Shown here piece by piece: positions 56,598-64,000 of a stretch of 64,000 nt of DNA. How positions within the stretch are numbered: the first letter of the stretch is position 1; each line of letters starts with the position of its first letter. The notes under the pieces were generated by a model. The model saw nothing but the letters and a program-made list of their open reading frames with translations, had not been told where the DNA came from and ran no database searches. This DNA is from an uncultured Acidobacteriota bacterium (GTDB lineage: Bacteria; Acidobacteriota; Terriglobia; Acidiferrales; UBA7541). The translations under genes were made by a program, and so were the position numbers. The stretch is taken from positions 2,191-66,190 of the forward strand of contig CAVPKZ010000085.1 in NCBI GenBank assembly GCA_963705755.1, given 5' to 3'.

Positions 56598-58455
56598 ATG
56601 GCCGCGGTGATCCCAGGGTTTATCGATCGTGCAAATAAAATTGTGGCGATGGCAATGTGTATTTTTGTACTGCCCATGGCGTTGCCGATGGCAGCACAGG
56701 AATCTCCGTCACCAAAGGCTATCCACAAAAGCAGCACGAAAGAGGAGGCTCGCGACTCAAGTAAGCCGAAACTCGTGGTGATTCTGGTGGTCGACCAGAT
56801 GCGCGGGGATTATGTAGATAAATTTCAGCAGCAGTGGACAGGCGGTTTGAAGCGCCTCGTCGATGAAGGAGCGTGGTTCCACGAAGCCGCCTACCCTTAC
56901 GGCTCCACGGAAACCTGCGTTGGCCATACCACCATTTCCACCGGGCGCATTTCCCGCGACCCACGGGATGATCGGCAATGAATGGTGGGACCGCGAGCAG
57001 CAAAAGGAGGTTACGTGCACGGCCGATGCGTCGGTAAAAAATGTGACCTACGAAGGCGCTGCCGCTCCCGCTGCTTCGCCCAGCGCATCTGGCTCAACTT
57101 CAAATGGTCCCGGGGACAGCGCCGCCAAAATGTTGATCCCTGCGTTTGCGGAAGAATTGAAGTTCCAGTCTGGGGCGGGGACTCGTGTTGTCGCGATGTC
57201 GCTCAAAGCACGCGCCGCCATCACCATGGCGGGACATCAAGCCGATTCTGTGACGTGGTGGGATGGAGCCACAGGCTTGTGGCAGACTTCGTCAGCCTAT
57301 CCACTAGCGCCGTTCATCGCTGAATTCGTAAAATTGCACCCCATCACGGAAGACTACGGTAAGACGTGGGCGCCGCTGCTGCCGGAGTCAGCGTATCTAT
57401 ATGACAAAACCGCGGTCAATCCCGGGGCGCCTACCGGTTACGGCGCGGAATTTCCTCACCCGCTGCGCGGCGGTCCGGATAGTAAAGGCCCGGACCGTGC
57501 GTTTTATTTGCAGTGGGCCACGAGCCCATACGCCGAAACTTATCTCGCGCACATGGCGGAAAATGTGGTGGATAAGCTGAAGCTGGGTAGAGGCCCAGGT
57601 ATCGATTTTCTTTCCGTGAGTTTTTCTTCCGTCGACTACGTCGGACATTCCTTCGGTCCACGAAGCTGGGAAGTACAGGACGAACTGGCTCGCTTGGATC
57701 GCGATCTAGGCGAATTCTTCACGCATCTTGATAAAACTGTTGGGCGCGGGAAATATGTGGTGGCTTTCAGCTCGGATCACGGCGTCGCGCCGGTGCCTGA
57801 AGATTTGCGGAAGACTGGCGTAGATGCAGGGCGCCTCAATGTCGAAGAGGTAAGAAATCGCATCGAGCATGTGCTTGAACCGCTTCATTACGCAAAGCCT
57901 TCGGTATCTAAAATTGACGGGGCCAACGTGTACTTCACTCCCGACACCTATGCCAAGTTGAAAAGCGATACGCATGCTTTGCAAACTGTGATCGATGCTA
58001 TTCAGAGCGCTCCCGGAGTAGCTCGGGTATATCAAGCCGAGGAAGTGGACGACCGGCCGGCCACGCGCAATCCGATGCGCGACGCCGAGGCCGCCGGTTT
58101 TTTTAAATCGCGAAGCGGAGATTTGCTTATCGTTCCCAAGCCATACTGGATTTGGGATTATTCTGTGCCAGGAAAACCGGGCCGCAACGGTGGAACTTCG
58201 CACGGCACGCCCTATTTTTACGATCAACGCGTTCCAGTGATTTTGATGGGTGCCGGAATTCGTCGTGGAAAATATTACGGATCGGCTACGCCTGGCGACA
58301 TTGCGCCGACGCTTGCCACTCTTTGCGGTATCACACTGGCAACACATGACGGCAGAACGTTGGCAGAGGCGCTTGGAGGGTCTCAGTCAAGGCAGGGACC
58401 GACATCTTCGCAGACACGATCAACGAGCGACGTCAACACCTCCAGCGATCGCTAA
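56598..58455 (+). CDS. Alkaline phosphatase superfamily, PafA/NPP-like (frameshift near 56950)
   Basis: KPKLVV..VVDQMR.DY, TETCVGHTTISTG, HGMIGN.W, DYVGH.FGP, SDHG, HGTPY.YD. Confidence 0.88.
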
Positions 58456-58536
58456 AAAATTTCTCACAATCGAATAGCGTTTTCTGCGGCAATTCTCCGC
58501 TGCATCTCTCGCGCTTCGTGTTATCCTGCAGCGGAT

Positions 58537-59475
58537 GTGACCTCAGCTGGCCCTGTCGATCTCAGCGTTAACATCGGCGCTTTGCGCCTCAGAAATCCCA
58601 TTATTGCAGCGAGCGGAACGTTCGGTTACGGCCTCGAATTTGCCCATCTTGCCGATTTAGACATCATCGGAGGTTTTGTTACTAAAGGGTTATCCCTGAA
58701 CCCTCTACAGGGTTCTCCCGCTCCCCGGCTGTGCCACACGCCTTCAGGAATGCTGAATGCCGTGGGGCTCCAAAACGTCGGAGTTCGCGCGTTTGTCACG
58801 GAAAAACTTCCGGTACTAAGAAAATACGTCACCCCCGTATTAGTTAACATCTTCGGGCATTCACCAGAGGAGTACGCCGAGGTGATCCGCATCCTGGAAG
58901 ATGCCCCTGGACTGGCGGGGTATGAGCTGAATATTTCCTGCCCCAATGTGAAGCAGGGTGGCATACAATTTGGGAGCGACCCCACCATGGTTTCGCAAGT
59001 GGTGAGCATCGCCAGGCAAGCGGCGGAAAGCCGGCCCCTGTGGGTGAAGCTGTCGCCGCTGGTTACAGACATTAGGGTTATCGCCAAAGCAGCGGAGGAG
59101 GCGGGGGCGGACGGGTTGACGGTAGCTAACACCTACCCGGCGATGTCGATTGACGTCAAGAGCCGCAGGTCCCGGCTGGGATGCCCTACAGGAGGACTTT
59201 CCGGCCCTGCTATACGTCCAATAACCGTGAGGCTGGTGTGGGAAGCTGCCAAGGCCGTCAACATCCCAATCATCGGGCTGGGAGGCATCGAGACGGTCGA
59301 CGACGTGCTTGAGTACTTATCCGTGGGAGCTAAGGCTGTCCAAGTGGGCACGGCTAGCTTCGTAAGGCCAGGTGCGATAGGAGACTTAGCCTCACAGTTA
59401 GAGAGGCGAGCTACAGGGTTTAATGTACAGAATATACAGGGTTTAACTGAAGTTTTGGTACCGAAGTTGGATTGA
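58537..59475 (+). CDS. pyrD: Dihydroorotate dehydrogenase, class 1
   Basis: [37 protein letters not shown]. Confidence 0.95.
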   Translation: MTSAGPVDLSVNIGALRLRNPIIAASGTFGYGLEFAHLADLDIIGGFVTKGLSLNPLQGSPAPRLCHTPSGMLNAVGLQNVGVRAFVTEKLPVLRKYVTPVLVNIFGHSPEEYAEVIRILEDAPGLAGYELNISCPNVKQGGIQFGSDPTMVSQVVSIARQAAESRPLWVKLSPLVTDIRVIAKAAEEAGADGLTVANTYPAMSIDVKSRRSRLGCPTGGLSGPAIRPITVRLVWEAAKAVNIPIIGLGGIETVDDVLEYLSVGAKAVQVGTASFVRPGAIGDLASQLERRATGFNVQNIQGLTEVLVPKLD

Positions 59476-59531
59476 CCGGTCGGGCAGGGGCTGTTACACT
59501 TTTCAGTATGATGATGCGAAAAAGACACAAT

Positions 59532-59957
59532 ATGCGACGTTCGATTCACATCCTCTACGCGTTCTTCCTGTGGATACCGGTGATGTTCCTGGCCGCCCAA
59601 TCCATCGATGCGCCTTTGGTGGCCCGGTCAAACGAGCCTGTTAAGTCCCTTAAGACCTGGGTAGGAAACGCCAGCTGGTACGGGCCTAACTTTGACGGTA
59701 AGACGACAGCCAACGGAGAAGAGTTCGACTCCGAGGCCCTGACCGCGGCGCACCCTAACCTCCCGTTTGGATCTATCGTGCGGGTAGTGAACGTCAGGAA
59801 TGGAAAATTTGAAGTAGTACGCATTAATGACCGAGGTCCTTACCAAGAGGGACGCGAAATTGATGTATCCTATCGCGTGGCCAGAAAGATCGGCTTAACC
59901 CATGCCGGAGTTACGAAGGTCCGGTTGGAATTAATGCAGTTACCGCAGCGCCCCTAG
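59532..59957 (+). CDS. rlpA: RlpA family lytic transglycosylase (start could be 59472 or 59508)
   Basis: [24 protein letters not shown]. Confidence 0.92.
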   Translation: MRRSIHILYAFFLWIPVMFLAAQSIDAPLVARSNEPVKSLKTWVGNASWYGPNFDGKTTANGEEFDSEALTAAHPNLPFGSIVRVVNVRNGKFEVVRINDRGPYQEGREIDVSYRVARKIGLTHAGVTKVRLELMQLPQRP

Positions 59958-59985
59958 AGAGCCCCGGAAGGCCGGGGCCACAAAC

Positions 59986-60744
59986 GTGACCTTGACCTTT
60001 GACGCTCATCCGCGAAGTAATCTGATCGTCGCCCTCGATTTTGATTCGTTATCAACGGCGGTAAGGTTCGCCAAGCAGATTGCTCCACTGGTGGGCATGT
60101 TTAAAATCGGCGGCCAGCTTTTCACGGCAGCCGGACCTGCGGCAGTTAAAGAGATCGCCGCGCTGGATGTCGGGGTCTTTCTGGATTTGAAATTCCACGA
60201 TATACCCAACACTGTCGCAGGCGCGGTGCTGTCCGCTGCTTCGTTACCAGGCGTTGAGTTGCTCAATGTGCATGCCCTAGGTGGCAGCGCCATGCTGCAC
60301 GCGGGCGTACAAGCCATCAGCGCGGGAGTGGCCATGGGCGCTAATCGCGCCAGACTTCTCGCGGTGACCATCCTGACCAGCATGGACGACAAGGCTTTGC
60401 TGGAAGTCGGCATTACCGGCCCGGTCACGGACCGCGCGACCAAGCTTGCGGTGATGTCGCAAAAAGCAGGTGTAGATGGCGTCGTGGCTTCCGTACAGGA
60501 GGCCTTGGCGATCCGCGAAGCGTGCGGACGCGATTTTCTTATCGTGACTCCGGGCGTGCGCCCCAAAGACGAATCGTCTTCTGCGCAGCGCAATGATCAA
60601 TCTCGCACCGCGACGCCCGCGGAAGCGATCCGTGCCGGAGCGGACTTCATCGTGGTGGGGCGCCCCATACTTGCGGCTCGCGATCCTCGCGCCGCGACTC
60701 AAACCATCGTCGAAGAAATTGCCGCGGCGAAGCAATTCTCGTAA
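59986..60744 (+). CDS. pyrF: Orotidine-5'-phosphate decarboxylase
   Basis: IVALD, FLDLKFHDIPNTV, VTPGVRP, VVGRPI. Confidence 0.96.
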   Translation: MTLTFDAHPRSNLIVALDFDSLSTAVRFAKQIAPLVGMFKIGGQLFTAAGPAAVKEIAALDVGVFLDLKFHDIPNTVAGAVLSAASLPGVELLNVHALGGSAMLHAGVQAISAGVAMGANRARLLAVTILTSMDDKALLEVGITGPVTDRATKLAVMSQKAGVDGVVASVQEALAIREACGRDFLIVTPGVRPKDESSSAQRNDQSRTATPAEAIRAGADFIVVGRPILAARDPRAATQTIVEEIAAAKQFS

Positions 60745-60850
60745 TTCTCCCAATTTGAATTCATTGCGCTCGCAATTTGGTGGCGCCTTTCCTTGACCGC
60801 GGTGCGAGCCGCCGATAAGCTGGTGGTTCTCCTTCCAGGCGAAATGTTAA

Positions 60851-62825
60851 ATGGATCAGATTCACGTTACATTGCCTGATGGCAAAGTCCAGGAAGTGCC
60901 CAAGGGCACTACGCCGCTGGAGATTGCCCGCAAAATATCTCCGCGCCTTGCGGATGCAGCGCTCGTGGCACGCATCTCCGCCGGTAATGGCGTGCCGGGT
61001 CCCACCGGTACGGACAACAGCGAATTGATCGATCTACGCCGCCCGCTGGACTACGATGTGAAGCTGCAGATCCTCACGGAAAAAGATGCGGATGCGCTGT
61101 ACGTGTTCCGGCATTCCGCTGCTCACCTTCTCGCGGCGGCCGTCACGGAACTTTTCCCCGACGTCAAGCTAGGCATCGGCCCGCCAATCGATACGGGCTT
61201 TTTCTATGAGTTTCTCCGTGACGAGCCGTTCACTCCGGAAGACCTGGTGAAGATTGAAGCGAAGATGCGGCAGCTTGCGGCGCAAGACTTGCCTAACGAA
61301 CGCAAACTTCTTTCCAAGCCCGAAGCCATCGAGCTGTACAAAAAAACGAATCAGACATTTAAGTGCGAGCTCGTGGAAGAAAAAGCCACCGAGCCGATGG
61401 TTTCGTTTTATACCACCGGGAAATTTATCGATTTTTGCCGCGGCCCGCACATTCCTTCCACCAAGCGGATCACCGCGTTCAAATTGATGAGCGTGGCCGG
61501 CGCCTATTGGAAAGGCCAGGAAGCAAATCCGCAGTTGCAACGCATTTATGCCGCGGCTTTTTACACCCACAAAGAACTCGACGAATATTTGCATCGGCTT
61601 GAAGAGGCCAAGCGCCGCGATCACCGCAAGCTGGGAGTGGAGCTGGACCTTTTCAGCATTCAGGAAGAAGCCGGTCCGGGACTTATTTTTTGGCATCCCA
61701 AGGGCGGGTTGATCCGCAAAATTATGGAGGATTGGCTGCGCGACGAACTGTTGCGCCGCGGTTACGACCTGGTCGTCACGCCGCATATCATGAAACTCGA
61801 TTTGTGGAAGACCAGCGGGCATACGGGCTACTACCGCGAAAACATGTTTGGCCCGGTGGAAGTCGAAAAAACCGACTATCAATTGAAGCCCATGAATTGT
61901 CCGGGCCACATCCTGATCTACCAAGCCAGGATGAAGAGTTATCGCGATTTACCGGTGCGTCTCGCGGAGCTTGGCACGGTTTATCGTTATGAGCGCAGCG
62001 GGGTGCTGCACGGGCTGCTACGTGTTCGCGGCTTTACGCAGGACGACGCGCACATCTTCTGCATGCCTTCGCAAATTGAAAGCGAAGTGGAAGCCTGCCT
62101 GGATTTTGCCTTCGCGGTCATGAAGACTTTTGGCTTCGACAAATTTGAGGTTGAACTCAGTGACTGGGACGCGTCCCACCCCGAGAATTACACCGGCAAA
62201 CCGGAAGACTGGCAGCGCGCTACTGCCGCGCTGGCGGAAACCATGACGCGCATGAATATTCCGTTTAAGAAAATCGATGGGCGAGGCTGCGTTCTACGGC
62301 CCCAAAATCGACGTCAAGTTAATCGATGCCATCGGACGCCCTTGGCAACTCACCACCGTGCAATTCGACTTCAACTTGCCCGCCCGCTTCGGTCTGCAAT
62401 ACATCGGCGAAGATGGCGGCAGGCACGAGCCGTTGATGGTTCACCGCGCCTTGCTGGGTTCCGTTGAACGCTTTTTCGGCATTTTGATCGAGCACTATGC
62501 CGGCGCGTTTCCGCTTTGGCTTGCTCCTGTGCAAATCGAGATTTGTCCCGTGAGCGAAAAAGTTGCCGATTACGCCCGCCACGTGACCGATACGCTCAAG
62601 AGCCACGGATTTCGTGTGCATCTGGATGATCGCAACGAAAAACTGCCCGCTAAAATCCGCAATGCACAGCTGCAGAAAATTCCGTACATGATGGTCTTGG
62701 GCCCCAAAGAATCCGAAGCCGGGACAGTCTCGGTGCGCCATCGCACCAAGGGCGACCTCGGCCCGAAACCGCTTCCTGCGGTGATCGAATCGCTAACGAA
62801 GGAAGTAGAATCCAAATCTCAATAG
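60851..62825 (+). CDS. thrS: Threonine--tRNA ligase (frameshift near 62279)
   Basis: RHSAAH, CRGPH, RDHRKLG, KPMNCPGH, TQDDAH, AFYGPKID, HRA..GSVERF. Confidence 0.97.
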
Positions 62826-62864
62826 ATCCCGCCTGTTTGGCGAACTTCCGTGCTTGGAGTCCGC

Positions 62865-63575
62865 ATGTCCCAAAAAATTCCGCGCCGCACTTTTCTGGCT
62901 CTAGCCGGATCCCTGGCCGCCCCAAAACTCTCGCCGGGAGAGGTTGATCCGCCTGTCGTGCTTGATCATATTCTTCTCGGCTGCAACGATCTCGATGGCG
63001 GCATCGCCTTCGTCGAAAAACGCACTGGAGTCCGCGCGATTTTCGGTGGCGTTCATCCTGGGCGCGGGACCCGTAATGCACTTCTATCTCTTGGTGAAAA
63101 CCACTATCTCGAAATCATCGCGCCAGACCCGCGGCAAGGCGGAGCGCCAGATATGCGCAATTTGAGAAAGTTGGCCGAACCGCGACTCGTAGGCTGGGCC
63201 GCGCATCCGGGCGACATTACCCAATTCGCAGCTCAACTCCGGAATAGCAGCATCGAATTCGAGGGCCCCACGCCCGGTTCTCGAAAGCGTCCCGATGGTC
63301 GCCTGCTTAAATGGAAAACTCTGAATCTTAAAAATGACGAACAAGGGGTGCTGCCCTTTTTCATCGAGTGGAGCGTCGGCACTGTTCATCCGTCCGCCGA
63401 CGCGCCCTCCGGTTGCAAAATCGAGCGCTTCACTATGTCCGGTCCAAACGAGGTTGAGCTGCGAGGCCGTTGCGCTCTACTTAATCTAGATGTTCATGTC
63501 GAGCACTCTGAGAAGCTACAACTGTACGCCCGTATCTTCGGACCCAATGGTCACACGATGGAACTCAACTCTTGA
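62865..63575 (+). CDS. VOC/glyoxalase-like protein with Tat-type signal
   Basis: RRTFLALAG; LDH, GGVHPGRGTRN, YLEII, LPFFIEW. Confidence 0.85.
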   Translation: MSQKIPRRTFLALAGSLAAPKLSPGEVDPPVVLDHILLGCNDLDGGIAFVEKRTGVRAIFGGVHPGRGTRNALLSLGENHYLEIIAPDPRQGGAPDMRNLRKLAEPRLVGWAAHPGDITQFAAQLRNSSIEFEGPTPGSRKRPDGRLLKWKTLNLKNDEQGVLPFFIEWSVGTVHPSADAPSGCKIERFTMSGPNEVELRGRCALLNLDVHVEHSEKLQLYARIFGPNGHTMELNS

Positions 63576-63756
63576 CCAACAGGCGTCATCGATCGCTACT
63601 TTTAAGCCTGCTTTCCGCCTTGTCGCACTACCGCGCCTGCATGCTATACTTTGAAACCCGTCCCATAGCGGTTTTGTGCCGTGGGTATCGGGTTTAATTT
63701 TGGGCCTTGCGGGATTCGATGTACACAGCAAGAGCCTTGTGGCATTAGGGGGAAAT

Positions 63757-64000
63757 ATCGCAGAACGTACTTTCCGGCAGAGCGACCGCATTCGCGTTAA
63801 CGAACGTATTCGGGCGCGCGAAATCCGGGTGATTGACGAAGAAGGCGGCCAGCTCGGCGTCATGCAGCCTTTCGAAGCCATAAAGATGGCGAAGGAAAAG
63901 GGCCTGGACCTGGTGGAAATTTCTCCCACCGCGGACCCGCCGGTTTGCAAGATCACCGATTACGGCAAGTATCTGTACCAGGCCAACAAGAAAGCGCACG
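63757..64000 (+). CDS. infC: Translation initiation factor IF-3 (non-canonical ATC start; truncated at window end)
   Basis: SD AGGGGG then ATC; RVNERIRAREIRVID..G.QLG...LDLVEISP.ADPPVCKI.DYGKY.Y. Confidence 0.95.
   Translation, partial: MAERTFRQSDRIRVNERIRAREIRVIDEEGGQLGVMQPFEAIKMAKEKGLDLVEISPTADPPVCKITDYGKYLYQANKKAH

Overview
This is a core-chromosome segment of a moderately GC-rich bacterium; gene content and style suggest Acidobacteriota (inference). In order it holds: an RND permease/TolC tail, a Pho-box-preceded porin, an alginate-export-type porin, phoB-phoR-phoU, sucA, hpnH, lipA, a complete argRCBDFGHJ cluster with an ARG box, FecR/DUF6600, a MEMO protein, methylmalonyl-CoA mutase, maf, three parS sites, tatA, selB, rnhB, an SgmX-like TPR protein, thiE, a Ser/Thr kinase with two paralogous lipoproteins, glmM, an intact IS630, serS, a GDH-like gene, thiD, pyrRBC, a PafA-type phosphatase, pyrD-rlpA-pyrF, thrS and the start of infC (ATC start). 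Many genes, including essential ones, carry short indels that look like long-read sequencing or assembly errors. The most unusual signals are five. (1) A bacterial homologue of the archaeal/eukaryotic ribosomal protein eL13 lies downstream of an RRM protein and a structured candidate ncRNA. (2) A sigma54-driven orphan small RNA and a convergent anti-SD-type sRNA candidate sit between glmM and serS. (3) A kinase is coupled to twin 'SDPHVIPM' lipoproteins. (4) A stand-alone PcrA/UvrD-Tudor-like protein has a histone-H1-like tail and a structured leader. (5) A GDH paralogue lacks its catalytic lysine. All calls were made by eye with no database searches.
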